Positions 22,092 through 32,497 are shown, counted from the first letter of the whole stretch. The stretch is 63,959 nucleotides of DNA, filler included, from Theionarchaea archaeon (GCA_018992565.1; 6 parts of 6 records of this genome joined end to end with filler, not necessarily neighbours in it); one strand, 5' to 3'. Made by a program: numbers and translations. The notes: a model not told the origin generated them from the sequence alone.

Positions 22092-22787
22092 TCAATACCC
22101 CATGAATTGTTCTCTCTTGATATGCTGCAGGGGTACCTTCATCTCCCTGAGCAGCTGCTCCATGGCTTCCACCATGAGGGGTGGGCCGCACACGTACACC
22201 ATTCGCTTCCTGTAGTCTGGAACCTCTTTCTCAATGATAGACACATCAATTCTGCCCGTATACCCTTTCCAGCCTGAGGTGGGGTCACTGAGGCAGTACA
22301 CCACCTTCAGGTTACTGTTCTGCTTCTGGATAGTCTCGAAATCCTCCCTGAACACCAGGTCTTCCTCTGTCCTGCATGCATGGAGGAGCACAGTGTCTGA
22401 AAGTATACCTGTATCATAGCAGTATGTTACCATACTCCTCATGGGGGTGATCCCGATTCCTCCTGCAACCATAGCACTCTTTTCAAACCCCTTTTCAAAG
22501 GTGAACTTCCCAAAAGGCCCTTCTATTCTCACCCAGTCTCCCGGGGAACTGGTTCTCAATGTCGTTGAGTATTCACTGTCAGTCAGTTTCTTGGTGAACT
22601 CCAGGTAGTCTTCAGTGGGGCTGCTGGAGATGGTGAAATGCTTCCGCAGCTCGTCTTCTCCTTTCCGAATAGTGATGAACATGAACTGCCCTGCCTTGTA
22701 GGCGAACTCGGGAGGTTTCACAAATCTGAAGCTCCTGACGTCTGGAGCACGTGGAAGTACCTCTTTGACTTCAGTTTCAAATATCAT
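22092..22787 (-). CDS. FAD/NAD(P)-binding oxidoreductase (ferredoxin reductase-like)
   Basis: YKAGQF, HFTISSSP, GPFGKF, AGGIGITP, YVCGPP. Confidence 0.9.
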   Translation of the reverse strand: MIFETEVKEVLPRAPDVRSFRFVKPPEFAYKAGQFMFITIRKGEDELRKHFTISSSPTEDYLEFTKKLTDSEYSTTLRTSSPGDWVRIEGPFGKFTFEKGFEKSAMVAGGIGITPMRSMVTYCYDTGILSDTVLLHACRTEEDLVFREDFETIQKQNSNLKVVYCLSDPTSGWKGYTGRIDVSIIEKEVPDYRKRMVYVCGPPLMVEAMEQLLREMKVPLQHIKREQFMGY

Positions 22788-23131
22788 GGTATCTTCTCCT
22801 TTATTTCATGCCAGGTCTTCATATACTATCAGTGAGAGATAGCACACGATCCATAAAAAGATATCTATGAATAGAACGGAGGAATATGCTCTGTATGTGT
22901 GCAGGGGGAGCCTTACCCGGTCCTGTGTGTAGCCCTGCCCTGAGGCTTTCAGTTATACAAAAGAATTTAATCTGTGGGCTCAAATCATCCTTCAACTTGA
23001 AATTCCAGATTCTGGCGAAGTTATCATTGCGTATCTTCCCGCTGTCGGATGAAAATTGCCCATTTCTGATCTTTTTTGACCAGTGTGAAGATTTCTAAAA
23101 AGTTATTATTGTCATATGTAAATATCTTTTC

Positions 23132-23146
23132 CGAAAGGTTTATATA
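23132..23146 (+). promoter_or_regulatory. BRE-TATA promoter of the ehb operon
   Basis: CGAAAGG-TTTATATA about 50 nt upstream of first ATG. Confidence 0.65.
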
Positions 23147-23196
23147 TTGATTCTTTGACCTTTAAACAGAAAATGACTCATAGGAAGGGAAAAACC

Positions 23197-23505
23197 ATGT
23201 TCAACCCGATCTATGCGATAGCATACGTGATAGACCTGGTGTACAATATTATAAAGTCAGTGCTTGCAGTGTCTGTTCAGTGCTTGACAGGAAAAATCGA
23301 CCCTGTCGTCATGGAAGTGCCCACTGAATTGAAACGGGAAATCTCTCAGGTTATTCTGGGGAACTCCATTACCCTGACCCCGGGGACCCTGACCCTTGAT
23401 ATCGACCACGAGAAACAGGTCCTGATTGTTGCTGTGTTATCTCCACGCGATCCAAAAGCTGTTATCCCCTTTGAGCCCTTCATCAAAGGGATGCTGGAGG
23501 GATAA
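23197..23505 (+). CDS. ehbA: Energy-converting hydrogenase B subunit, MnhE-like
   Basis: LGNSITLTPGTLTLDID; first gene of operon (letter by gene order). Confidence 0.75.
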   Translation: MFNPIYAIAYVIDLVYNIIKSVLAVSVQCLTGKIDPVVMEVPTELKREISQVILGNSITLTPGTLTLDIDHEKQVLIVAVLSPRDPKAVIPFEPFIKGMLEG

Positions 23506-23506
23506 A

Positions 23507-23767
23507 ATGTACGAATTTGCTCTCTATTTTCTGCTGTTCTCTCTGGGTGTGTCTATCGTTACCGGCATACGTGTGGCTGCTCGTCAGGGATTATACAATT
23601 CTCTGGTGGGAGTGAGCATTGTCATTATTGCTCTGGCTACTGCATTGACAATCATCGGCAAGATTTACGACATACAGTTCTCCAAGGACATTGCACTGTA
23701 CCTTCTGGCTCTGGCCACCATGGGTGCTCTCCTCATCAGTAAGATCATTAAAGGGGAGGGGATCTGA
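23507..23767 (+). CDS. ehbB: Ehb small membrane subunit (MnhF-like)
   Basis: Three TMs, KDIAL motif; letter by gene order. Confidence 0.65.
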   Translation: MYEFALYFLLFSLGVSIVTGIRVAARQGLYNSLVGVSIVIIALATALTIIGKIYDIQFSKDIALYLLALATMGALLISKIIKGEGI

Positions 23768-24039
23768 TGGACTGGGAACTTGTACAGGCAATCCTGTTTG
23801 TCATTGCAGGTATCTTTATTCTCTTTGCCAGCCTGGGGCTGTGGCGATATGGACCGCGTAAGAACGTTGTCTATGCGAGAATACACATTGCAGGAATTAT
23901 TGACCATGCCTGTATTCTCACCATGCTCGTTCTGTGGCAGCCCTTTACTGCCCTGGTGGCTCTGGTGTACTTCATACTGACCCCGGTGGCGTTCCACTCT
24001 ATTGCCAATGCCCTGTATGACAAGGAGGTGACACCATGA
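23767..24039 (+). CDS. ehbC: Ehb membrane subunit (MnhG-like)
   Basis: GLWR...YARIHIAGIID...PVAFHSIANA. Confidence 0.75.
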   Translation: MDWELVQAILFVIAGIFILFASLGLWRYGPRKNVVYARIHIAGIIDHACILTMLVLWQPFTALVALVYFILTPVAFHSIANALYDKEVTP

Positions 24040-24287
24040 TACCTGGATATATGCTCATGGGATATATCTTTATGTTTACTGCCCTTTTCGGCTCTGTACT
24101 GGCTCTGATTCAGCGGGACTTGATGAAATCAGTGATCCTGATTGGACTGGAAGGTCTTGCAGTTGCATTCCTCTTCCAGACATTGAGAGCTCCCGATGTG
24201 GGAATTACCCAGGCAATTCTTGGAGCCGCGCTGCTTCCTGGTATCTTTGCCATAACAGTCTACAAGACAAGGAGGGAGGAAGAATGA
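24036..24287 (+). CDS. ehbD: Ehb membrane subunit (DUF4040-like)
   Basis: RDLMKSVI...APDVGITQAILG. Confidence 0.75.
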   Translation: MIPGYMLMGYIFMFTALFGSVLALIQRDLMKSVILIGLEGLAVAFLFQTLRAPDVGITQAILGAALLPGIFAITVYKTRREEE

Positions 24288-24697
24288 GCCTGGAGACTCT
24301 GTTTCAACCCATGTGCTTTCTGACTGCTGCTGGACTGGTGGTAGTTGGACTGTACGCAGTGATTTTCATGGACAACCTGTTGAAGAAGATCATTGGAGTG
24401 ACCCTCATTTCAGACGGTGTCAACCTTGTCCTGATTACTGGAGGGTTCAACAAGATCGTGGCCATCATCTCTCCTGAACAGGCGGAGAACGGAGTGACAA
24501 GCGTCATATACGAAGGTCTCAAAGAGTATCCAGAGTTTGCAGCCCAGGCAGCGTATCCTCTGCCTTCTGCCCTGGTGCTCACCAGCATTGTTATCTCAGT
24601 GTCTATCTTTGCCATTATGCTGGCTATCGCTATTAAGCTCTACAACCACTACAACTCAATGAGCTGTTCTGTCATCTTCAAGGAGGTGGATGAATGA
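24284..24697 (+). CDS. ehbE: Ehb membrane subunit (MnhC-like)
   Basis: NLLKKIIG...GVNL...PLPSALVLTSIVI. Confidence 0.8.
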   Translation: MSLETLFQPMCFLTAAGLVVVGLYAVIFMDNLLKKIIGVTLISDGVNLVLITGGFNKIVAIISPEQAENGVTSVIYEGLKEYPEFAAQAAYPLPSALVLTSIVISVSIFAIMLAIAIKLYNHYNSMSCSVIFKEVDE

Positions 24698-26184
24698 ACC
24701 TTGATACTATCTTTGTCCCTGCACTACTGGTGGCATTTCCTCTGATTGCAGCCATCTGTCTCAATTTCCTGCACGGAAAGGATAGAGTAGTGAAAGCGGT
24801 TGCTATCATCTCCGTTGTGGTAGTCCTGGTGTTACCCTGGATAACCGATGCTGCAGTGTACTGGTTTGGAGGACATCCCCAGGTGGAGAATGTGACAGGA
24901 GGAACGAATATTGTCCTGTCAAAGCTCAACCTGGCCATTGTCTACAAGTACGCTGCCATACAGAAGCTGTTTATTGCAATCCTGGCTATTCTGGCATCTG
25001 CCGCTGTGTTGATTCACTTCACAGAACGTGTATCAGGCGTGTATGTAGCCATGATCATGCTGGGAGTAGCGTCAACATCTGCTGTCATCATGGCAGACGA
25101 TATATTCAACATCTTCGTCTTCCTGGAGATCCTCACCATATCTCAGGCAGCGCTGGTGATTGCCATCGGGAGTATTCAGGCGTATAAGACTGCCATCAAG
25201 TACCTGATCTTCGGAGGAATAGCAGGTTCTTCAATCCTTCTGGGGATAGCGATTCTCCTGAACAACTACGGTCTCCTGAATGTCAGTGACCTCAACAGGG
25301 CCATCACCCTGGATATTGAAGCAGGCATACCCCATGCTCTGATTGTCGCCTGCGCGTTGATCTTTGTGGGCTGGCTCTTTGAGTCCGGTATGGTCCCGTT
25401 CCACATCATCAAGTCAGATGTATACAGCAAAGCACGACCTTCTGTGGCAGCCTTCATGCAGACTCAGACAAAGTTCGTCCTGGTAGCCCTGTGGGTGGTC
25501 ATTCTTCGACTGTTCTACGGGATATCGACCTTCAATGCACTGGTTCTGGGTGTTGGTATTCTGTCCATGGTGTTTGGTGTGATGATGGCTCTCAAGCAGA
25601 CGGAAATCACCCGTCTCCTGGCATATGTGGCTGTTGCCCAGGCGGGACTGGTGGGAGTCGGTCTGGGAATTGGAACCAGAGCTGCAGTGACTGCGTCCAT
25701 CTTCCATGCAGTCAATGATGCTCTTGCCATGGCCATTTTATTCCTGTCAGTTTCAGTTGTCCTGCACATCACCCATACGGTGGATATGCGCAAGATGGGA
25801 GGGCTCCTGTGGAAAACAGGGTATGTCCCCTTTTTGTGCCTGCTGGGCATCTTTGCTGTCAGTGGTATGCCGCCCTTCAACACCTACCAGAGTGAATTCA
25901 GGATCATTACTGCAGCCTCTACAGCAGGATATCCTGAGCTCTCAGTGCTGATCATTCTCACAAGCATTGCGACCCTGGTGGCCCTGATGAAAGGGTTCTA
26001 CACCATCTATTTGAAGGAAGGTCAGGACTATCTCACAGACAAGGAACTGACACCTGTATCCTACTCCTGGGGAACTGAAGTATTCATGGTACTCCTCGTG
26101 GCCATATGCCTGGCAATTGGACTCACCCCACAGAACGTATTCCCCTATATCGAGCAATTTGTCCAGACCCTGGGGGTGATCTAG
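24694..26184 (+). CDS. ehbF: Ehb ion-translocating antiporter-like subunit (MnhD/NuoL-N family)
   Basis: DIFNIFVFLEI, KYLIFG, GMVPFH, SGMPPFN; many TMs. Confidence 0.85.
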   Translation: MNLDTIFVPALLVAFPLIAAICLNFLHGKDRVVKAVAIISVVVVLVLPWITDAAVYWFGGHPQVENVTGGTNIVLSKLNLAIVYKYAAIQKLFIAILAILASAAVLIHFTERVSGVYVAMIMLGVASTSAVIMADDIFNIFVFLEILTISQAALVIAIGSIQAYKTAIKYLIFGGIAGSSILLGIAILLNNYGLLNVSDLNRAITLDIEAGIPHALIVACALIFVGWLFESGMVPFHIIKSDVYSKARPSVAAFMQTQTKFVLVALWVVILRLFYGISTFNALVLGVGILSMVFGVMMALKQTEITRLLAYVAVAQAGLVGVGLGIGTRAAVTASIFHAVNDALAMAILFLSVSVVLHITHTVDMRKMGGLLWKTGYVPFLCLLGIFAVSGMPPFNTYQSEFRIITAASTAGYPELSVLIILTSIATLVALMKGFYTIYLKEGQDYLTDKELTPVSYSWGTEVFMVLLVAICLAIGLTPQNVFPYIEQFVQTLGVI

Positions 26185-26474
26185 TGTACGAGAAGTTCTT
26201 TGAAAAGCTGAAGCAGGGAGAGGATATTGCAGGTGCCTTCACTGCTGACTTCCAGATGGTTTTACTGATATCTCTGGGCGTGCTCCTGTTCTTTAGGTTG
26301 TTTACCACAGTACGGCTGGCCATCGTGGCATCATTTATTGCATTGTTACTGGTCATACGCGCAATACCACTGGTCTTCAGGGTATCGAAGGAACATTCTG
26401 ATACCTTTGACAGTATGCTGTTCTACTTTGCCCTGGCTATAGGCCTTGTTATCGTCCTACTGGGAGGGATCTAG
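26184..26474 (+). CDS. ehbG: Ehb small membrane subunit
   Basis: GTG start overlapping previous stop; hydrophobic; letter by gene order. Confidence 0.6.
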   Translation: MYEKFFEKLKQGEDIAGAFTADFQMVLLISLGVLLFFRLFTTVRLAIVASFIALLLVIRAIPLVFRVSKEHSDTFDSMLFYFALAIGLVIVLLGGI

Positions 26475-27224
26475 ATGAAGTTCAAAGAAGCCAACCAATA
26501 CCGAAACCTTGCAGCGCTGGCAGCGTTCCTCATCTTCTCTGGAGTAATTCTGCACACATTCTACACTCTGAAGGTCATACCTGGAATTTCATACCTCTAC
26601 AGCCTGATTGCACCGAACATAGCACCCAACGCAGTCACAACAATTGTCTTCGACTTTAGAGGATACGATACACTGGGAGAGACTCTGATTCTCATCACCT
26701 CTGTGATAACAGTCAGCGTGGTCTTTGGACGCGGAGCCTTCATTGAAGAGGAAAAGGCAGAACTCAAGCATGTTGTGCCCACCCCCATCCAATCAGTATT
26801 CGGTGCGCCTGTGATCCTGGTGCTCATGTGCTTTGGACTTCTCCTGATATTCGGAGGACATCTCACTCCAGGAGGAGGGTTCCAGGGTGGATCAGTGCTG
26901 GCAACAGCGTTCTTCATCTCCGTCGTGATCTACGGTGTCAGGAAGAACCCGTTCCACTACAGCCATGATTTCCTCATTGGTATGGAGACATTGGGTGCCC
27001 TCATCTTCCTGCTCCTGGGACTGGCAGGAGTGGCAGTATCAGGGTACTATCTGTACAATGTTGGGGCCAACATCTGGGGATACGGCCTTGTTGATTTCCT
27101 CAGGTACGCAGACCCCACCAATGCAGGAATAGTCCCGTACCTCAATGTGGCTGTTGGACTGGAGGTCTTTGGTTCTCTGAGCGTTGCAGCAGTCTTTCTT
27201 GCGGAGGCGAGAAAACATGATTGA
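26475..27224 (+). CDS. Ehb MnhB-like subunit, apparent EhbH-EhbI fusion
   Basis: PNAVTTIVFDFRGYDTLGE and GGHLTPGGGFQGG motifs in one chain. Confidence 0.8.
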   Translation: MKFKEANQYRNLAALAAFLIFSGVILHTFYTLKVIPGISYLYSLIAPNIAPNAVTTIVFDFRGYDTLGETLILITSVITVSVVFGRGAFIEEEKAELKHVVPTPIQSVFGAPVILVLMCFGLLLIFGGHLTPGGGFQGGSVLATAFFISVVIYGVRKNPFHYSHDFLIGMETLGALIFLLLGLAGVAVSGYYLYNVGANIWGYGLVDFLRYADPTNAGIVPYLNVAVGLEVFGSLSVAAVFLAEARKHD

Positions 27225-27483
27225 CTTCATTGGTGCAGTGGCAGCCTCTCTTGTCCTGGGATTCATCATTGGACTGAAAATCAGGCGACTTCCTGGAATC
27301 CTGTACGTTGTCCTGTTCCTGGTGATTCTGGTGCTGTCCTACTTCGTGGGTGACTACCCCTTCTACATCTTTCAGGTTGGAAAGGAATTGTTGCCCATAA
27401 ACGCTGTGCTCATTACCTCGTACCTGGGGATTGTACTGGGTTCTGTTCTACCTGGAGGAGGTGGTTCTGAATGCGAGGATTGA
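27217..27483 (+). CDS. ehbJ: Ehb small membrane subunit
   Basis: Hydrophobic, GDYPFY motif; letter by gene order. Confidence 0.6.
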   Translation: MIDFIGAVAASLVLGFIIGLKIRRLPGILYVVLFLVILVLSYFVGDYPFYIFQVGKELLPINAVLITSYLGIVLGSVLPGGGGSECED

Positions 27484-27878
27484 TTTCCATAGCTATTAGA
27501 GGTTCGTGGAAGAACCTGAAACGCATCCTCTTCCATTCAGAACGGGTGACCTCCATGGAGATGCGCTATAGAATTCTCTCAGGGCAGGTGACTCTGCCTA
27601 AAACGGTGAATGACCCCATGTGCATCGGGTGCGGTGCATGTGCCAGAATCTGCCCCACCAAAGCCATCACCATGATTGACCTTCCCGAACCCATTCATCT
27701 CACGGAGAAGTACACCAAAAAGCAGCGTCCAGAACTCGACCTGGAGAAGTGCTGCTTCTGTTTCAGATGTCACGACACGTGTCCCATATTCAAACGATAC
27801 AACAGGCCTTCGGCCATACATCCCCGAGAGGTGGGTGACTACTACGAGGATGTTTCAAAATTGCTAGGAGGTGGCTAA
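27471..27878 (+). CDS. ehbL: Ehb 2x[4Fe-4S] subunit
   Basis: [12 protein letters not shown] and [16 protein letters not shown] motif. Confidence 0.85.
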   Translation: MRGLISIAIRGSWKNLKRILFHSERVTSMEMRYRILSGQVTLPKTVNDPMCIGCGACARICPTKAITMIDLPEPIHLTEKYTKKQRPELDLEKCCFCFRCHDTCPIFKRYNRPSAIHPREVGDYYEDVSKLLGGG

Positions 27879-28329
27879 GATGTTCAAGGAAGTCTCGCGA
27901 AAAAATGCTGTACATGTCATGCTTGTGTACTCTGGTGGCTGCAATGGATGCGACATTGAAGTGGTCAACTGTGTTCTGTCCCCCTACTACGACATTGAGC
28001 AGTACAAGGTTATGCTCACCTGGAACCCCAGAGAAGCTGATATCCTGCTGGTGACGGGTCCTGTCCTGAAACGAATTGAACCAGCACTCAAGAAGATATA
28101 TGAATCAATTCCAGACCCCAAACTGGTGGCAGCTGTGGGTTCGTGTGCTATCAATGGCAACGTGTTCTTCAACCTGGGAGGGGACCTTGGACCGTCAGAG
28201 GAAGTTGCAGGCCCCCTGGACAAAGTGCTCCCGGTGGCAGCAAAGATACCGGGGTGTCCGCCCCGTCCTGAAGACATCATTTCAGCTGCAGCCTCTGCCA
28301 TTCCCATACTGGCAGAGATGGAGGTGTAA
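27871..28329 (+). CDS. ehbM: Ehb [NiFe] hydrogenase small subunit
   Basis: [35 protein letters not shown]. Confidence 0.9.
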   Translation: MAKMFKEVSRKNAVHVMLVYSGGCNGCDIEVVNCVLSPYYDIEQYKVMLTWNPREADILLVTGPVLKRIEPALKKIYESIPDPKLVAAVGSCAINGNVFFNLGGDLGPSEEVAGPLDKVLPVAAKIPGCPPRPEDIISAAASAIPILAEMEV

Positions 28330-28331
28330 CC

Positions 28332-29432
28332 ATGGAAAAAGACAGAGGAGAAGCTGATGTGGAAATTCCCGTTGGGTTAGTACACCCTGCCTTGCTGGAA
28401 CCCTACAGACCCCGCTTTTTCCTGCAGGATGAAGTGGTTACAGACTGTGAAATAACACTGGATGCTCAGCACAGAGGCATTGAGAGGATTATGGAAGGAA
28501 TACCGGTGGACAAGTGCAACATCATTACTGAGAGAATCTGCGGTATCTGCTCCTGTGTCCACCTGTGGAATTCAGTACGGGTGGTGGAAAAGGGGCTCAA
28601 CATTGAGGTGCCGGAAAGAGCTCAGTACATGAGAGTGATCATCAATGAACTGGAGCGGTTGACCTCCCACCTGATCTTCTTTGGACACGCTCTGGAGATC
28701 ATTGGTCATGAAACACTGGCCATGAGAGCCTTCATAGCCCGAGAACCCTTCATGATCATGCTGGGAGAGCTGTCTGGAAACAGGGTTCACTACGCCTGCC
28801 CCATTATCGGAGGGATCAGACCGCGGTGCAACCCCACAGATGACCTGTGCGCCAAGTCGCTGGCCCAGCTGCAGCCTGCAACAGAATACCTCAAAGACTA
28901 TGCAGACCGTATTCTGCAGGACGCCATGGTCATGTCCAGGATCGAGGGAGTTGGAGTCCTCACCAAGGAGGAGGCCATCAAGTACCATGCTGTTGGACCG
29001 ACTGCCCGTGCGTCTGGTGTGTCAAAGGACTGGAGAACAGACATTCCTGACTTCAAGCACTTCGACTGGGATGTTATCGTCCTGGATGACGGTGATGTGA
29101 AGACCAGGGTCGTACAGAGGGTCCTGGAATGCCTTGAGATGCTCAAGATTGTAGAACAGGGATTCAAGAACCTCCCCAAGGGTGAAGTGAGAACCACAGG
29201 CTGGAAACTGGGTAAAATGCCCATTACCACCTGTTACCATGAAGCACCCAGAGGGGAGCTCTATGACTCCTATGGCCTGGATGAAAAAGGAAATGTCAGA
29301 CATTACAAGTGCAGAACCCCCACAGTCACCAACTTAGGGGCCATGGAAGTGGCCTGTCTTGGAGAACATCTCACTGATGCAGTATTGACTCTGGCTTCGT
29401 GCGATCCTTGTCTGTGCTGTACCAACAGGTGA
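28332..29432 (+). CDS. ehbN: Ehb [NiFe] hydrogenase large subunit (group 4)
   Basis: L1 ERICGICS, L2 DPCLCCTNR at extreme C-terminus. Confidence 0.92.
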   Translation: MEKDRGEADVEIPVGLVHPALLEPYRPRFFLQDEVVTDCEITLDAQHRGIERIMEGIPVDKCNIITERICGICSCVHLWNSVRVVEKGLNIEVPERAQYMRVIINELERLTSHLIFFGHALEIIGHETLAMRAFIAREPFMIMLGELSGNRVHYACPIIGGIRPRCNPTDDLCAKSLAQLQPATEYLKDYADRILQDAMVMSRIEGVGVLTKEEAIKYHAVGPTARASGVSKDWRTDIPDFKHFDWDVIVLDDGDVKTRVVQRVLECLEMLKIVEQGFKNLPKGEVRTTGWKLGKMPITTCYHEAPRGELYDSYGLDEKGNVRHYKCRTPTVTNLGAMEVACLGEHLTDAVLTLASCDPCLCCTNR

Positions 29433-29436
29433 TATC

Positions 29437-30450
29437 ATGGACTATGTTAATTTCATCATTTCCACTGTGGTCCTGACCGTTGTAGCACTGTTCTTTGGCC
29501 CCGTCTTTCTGGGAATAGAACGGAAGATACAGGCCAGGATACAGCAGCGTATTGGTCCGCCTATTTTGACTCCAGGAACCTGGTCAATCCTCAAGTTCTG
29601 GAACAAGAAGCCCTTCACACCCAATTCGCCCATGCCTTCCTTGTATCATGCTCTGCCCCCTGTCACCATTGTTGTGGTGCTGGTTATCCTGTGGCTCACC
29701 AGCCCTGAGTGGTGGGGACTTCCCCTGTCCCTGGCCACACTGGTAGCCATTGTGGGCATCATGAAGTTCGAGGAAGTGATGTATGTTGTGATGGGTTCAT
29801 TGTCCAGGTCCATTCTGTCAGTGACCATGCCATATGGAGATGTGGTAAAAGGTGCAGTGACCAAGGCCACCATCAGGCGATTTTTCGAAGGACAGAGTGC
29901 AGTGAGGTTCATCAAGCACATCACCATTGCCTCATTCCCCATCTACATTGCGATCTTCATACCCGTTGTTATTGCGCGGAGCATCTTTGTGCAGGACGTC
30001 GTGTTATACCAGGGATCATTCCTGGATTTACACCCCATCCTGTTCACTGTCCCCGGATTCGTCGGTGCTATCGTGTACTTTGTGGGGTATGTAGCCCAGC
30101 TGAATGACTATCCATTCACCATTGCCAAGGCAAAGGGAGACCTCGTTGAAGGTGCACCTTTAGAGTACGGTGCACATGCCAGAGGGAACTACTACATACT
30201 GCGTGGCGTGTGGATGTTCGTGCTGTCAAGCCTGTTTGTGACGTTATTCTTTGGAATACCGCCTGTCGTGGACTTTTCCAGCATGGTGGGCGTGTCACAG
30301 CTGGTTATGCACGTGCTCCTGACCTTCATGCTGCCAGTTCTGGTATCAGTCCTGTCTGCCTTCGGCCCGATACTGACCTTCAAACAGCTGTATCCAGTGT
30401 CCTTTGGATTCACAGCCATCGGTGTGTTTGGGCTGTTACTGGCCCTGTAG
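29437..30450 (+). CDS. ehbO: Ehb NuoH-like membrane subunit
   Basis: GIERKIQARIQQRIGPP...PFTIAKAKGDLVEG. Confidence 0.88.
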   Translation: MDYVNFIISTVVLTVVALFFGPVFLGIERKIQARIQQRIGPPILTPGTWSILKFWNKKPFTPNSPMPSLYHALPPVTIVVVLVILWLTSPEWWGLPLSLATLVAIVGIMKFEEVMYVVMGSLSRSILSVTMPYGDVVKGAVTKATIRRFFEGQSAVRFIKHITIASFPIYIAIFIPVVIARSIFVQDVVLYQGSFLDLHPILFTVPGFVGAIVYFVGYVAQLNDYPFTIAKAKGDLVEGAPLEYGAHARGNYYILRGVWMFVLSSLFVTLFFGIPPVVDFSSMVGVSQLVMHVLLTFMLPVLVSVLSAFGPILTFKQLYPVSFGFTAIGVFGLLLAL

Positions 30451-30458
30451 GTGATACT

Positions 30459-30737
30459 GTGTGTAAATTCATCTTACCCTCAAAAAAGGTGCAGAATATG
30501 GGTGGGTACATTGTGGAGAACCACTCTGAGTTCCCCTTCAGGGACTTAATAGTGGGAAACCCTACCAATGAAAACGTCAAGCTACCTGTACCCATATACA
30601 CCATGGAAGAAGTAGAACAGATCAAGAACCTGGGTATCGTCACGTACGAGATGCAGGCTGGAGAATCCCTGGTGGAAGCGCTTCAGAAAGTGAAGGACAA
30701 GATTGGCAAGGAACCCAAGAGATCGAACTACTGGTAA
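30459..30737 (+). CDS. ehbP: Ehb subunit P
   Basis: GTG start after AGGTGA RBS; GGYIVE...FPFRDLIVGNPTNENVKLPVPIY resembles EhbP. Confidence 0.8.
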   Translation: MCKFILPSKKVQNMGGYIVENHSEFPFRDLIVGNPTNENVKLPVPIYTMEEVEQIKNLGIVTYEMQAGESLVEALQKVKDKIGKEPKRSNYW

Positions 30738-30961
30738 TTATTCTTCTTCTTTTTTTCTTTTAGCAGTATCAGGAACTGGACGTGAGGAGGGCCTTTTCTT
30801 CAGATCCTTTATAACAATGGTATTATGCCTACTGGACAATGTCGTGGAAGAGGAATTGCCTATATACTATTTTCCACGAATGTGAAAAAAAATCCAGGAT
30901 GCTCTCTCTCAGTGTACTAGAGTGCTACATATATGGGGCAATATTGTATTTTCTCGTAAAA

Positions 30962-30976
30962 CGAAAAGTTTATATA
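30962..30976 (+). promoter_or_regulatory. BRE-TATA promoter of radical SAM/precursor operon
   Basis: CGAAAAG-TTTATATA about 85 nt upstream of ATG 31060. Confidence 0.6.
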
Positions 30977-31059
30977 CCTAGAAAACACATACTTTTCAAA
31001 GTGGAACTTGAGATGTTGTATTGTTTTGACATAAAGCGAAATCTTAGGGAGATGAAGAG

Positions 31060-32484
31060 ATGACCGTGGAAGTGACCTCTATCGGCGATCATGTCAGTAT
31101 AGACGATGATGCCACTCATTTATTGTTCAATACAGCTGATTCAGGATTGTATAGAATAGAACTCATTACCAGAAAACTTTTGGTTCTCATACATGACTAT
31201 GGCATAGAAGCTGCTCGGTCACTCATAAAGGAAGACGATATTGAAAACGTGGCGGAAGAGAAACTTTCAGAACTTAAAGAGAACAAGTTCCTGGACCCAC
31301 TTCCAGAATTTGTTCCCCAGGAGACATCTCCCATCATGTTTGCGTCTCTCAACGTGTCTCATGACTGCAACCTCAACTGCCGCTACTGTTATGGAGGGGG
31401 CGGAACCTATGCAGGAGACCCCTGTCACATGAGTACGGACGTGGGAGAACTGGCTGTTGATCGGCTCTTCGAGTGGTGTGATGATAGCGAACTTCTGGGT
31501 ATCAATTTCTTTGGAGGAGAACCCCTCCTGAACGTGAAATTGATACAGCATCTGGTGTCCTATGCAACTGAAAGAGCACATGCTGAAGAGAAAAAAGTGC
31601 GATTCAGCATGACATCCAATGGCACTCTTTTCACTGACGAGATAGTCGCGTTCCTCAAGGAGAGTAATATAGGAGTGCTGGTGAGCATGGATGGGCCAAA
31701 GCACGTCCAGGATGTCAACCGCCCCTTCAGAAATGGTAAGGGGTCATATGATGTCATTGCAGACCGACTTCAATCCCTCCTGGCTGTCAGGCCTCACCTG
31801 ACTGCCCGTGCAACCCTGACCAAAGATTGTATGTCTCTCAGTACGCTGGTTGATGGGCTCAGAGACGTGGGGTTCACCTATGTACATGTAGAGCCTTTGA
31901 CTCCTTATGAGAACTGCCCATTTGCACTTTCTGAGGAGGATTTTGAAACCCTCAAGGATGAATATGATAAGCTCGGGCATATATTCCTGGAAAATATCCT
32001 GAATGGGACCCCCTTTGGATTCTCAAATATTCTGAGGACCCTGAGTGCTATATACACCTCCGGGGTTCGTCACTATCCATGCGGTGCAGGGAAGAACCTC
32101 ATGGCAGTTGATCCCATGGGTGGAATCTATATATGCCACCGGTTTGTGGGAATGGAAGACTTCTCCATGGGTACCCTGAACGATCCCGATTTTTCTATTC
32201 AAAAGAGACTCCTCCAGGCCCATGTAGATGCGCGAGATGAGTGCAGGAACTGCTGGGCCAGGCACTTATGTGCAGGGAGTTGCTGGTACGATAATTATGT
32301 GTACAGTGGTGCTATTGACAGACCACACAGCCCGAGATGCAGTCTTTTCAAGCATATTGCTGCACTTTCCATGGTTATATTTTCAAAATTACATGAAAAA
32401 GATAAGGCATTACTGGATAAGATGTTCCGGAAGCATGAACCGTCATACAGACGTGGTGAATTTCCGGAGGATGAGAGAACGTGA
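31060..32484 (+). CDS. Radical SAM/SPASM peptide maturase (thioether-forming type)
   Basis: CNLNCRYC, FFGGEPLL, SPASM CGAG...YICHRF...CRNCWARHLCAGSC...C; about 90-aa N-terminal extension (possible RRE). Confidence 0.9.
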   Translation: MTVEVTSIGDHVSIDDDATHLLFNTADSGLYRIELITRKLLVLIHDYGIEAARSLIKEDDIENVAEEKLSELKENKFLDPLPEFVPQETSPIMFASLNVSHDCNLNCRYCYGGGGTYAGDPCHMSTDVGELAVDRLFEWCDDSELLGINFFGGEPLLNVKLIQHLVSYATERAHAEEKKVRFSMTSNGTLFTDEIVAFLKESNIGVLVSMDGPKHVQDVNRPFRNGKGSYDVIADRLQSLLAVRPHLTARATLTKDCMSLSTLVDGLRDVGFTYVHVEPLTPYENCPFALSEEDFETLKDEYDKLGHIFLENILNGTPFGFSNILRTLSAIYTSGVRHYPCGAGKNLMAVDPMGGIYICHRFVGMEDFSMGTLNDPDFSIQKRLLQAHVDARDECRNCWARHLCAGSCWYDNYVYSGAIDRPHSPRCSLFKHIAALSMVIFSKLHEKDKALLDKMFRKHEPSYRRGEFPEDERT

Positions 32485-32497
32485 AGGAGGTGATACC

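Noticed and set aside
32228..32497. Longer ORF or ATG 32471 as start of precursor A1
   Set aside because: Overlaps the maturase, has no properly spaced RBS and no counterpart in copies B or A2; cannot be wholly excluded for A1
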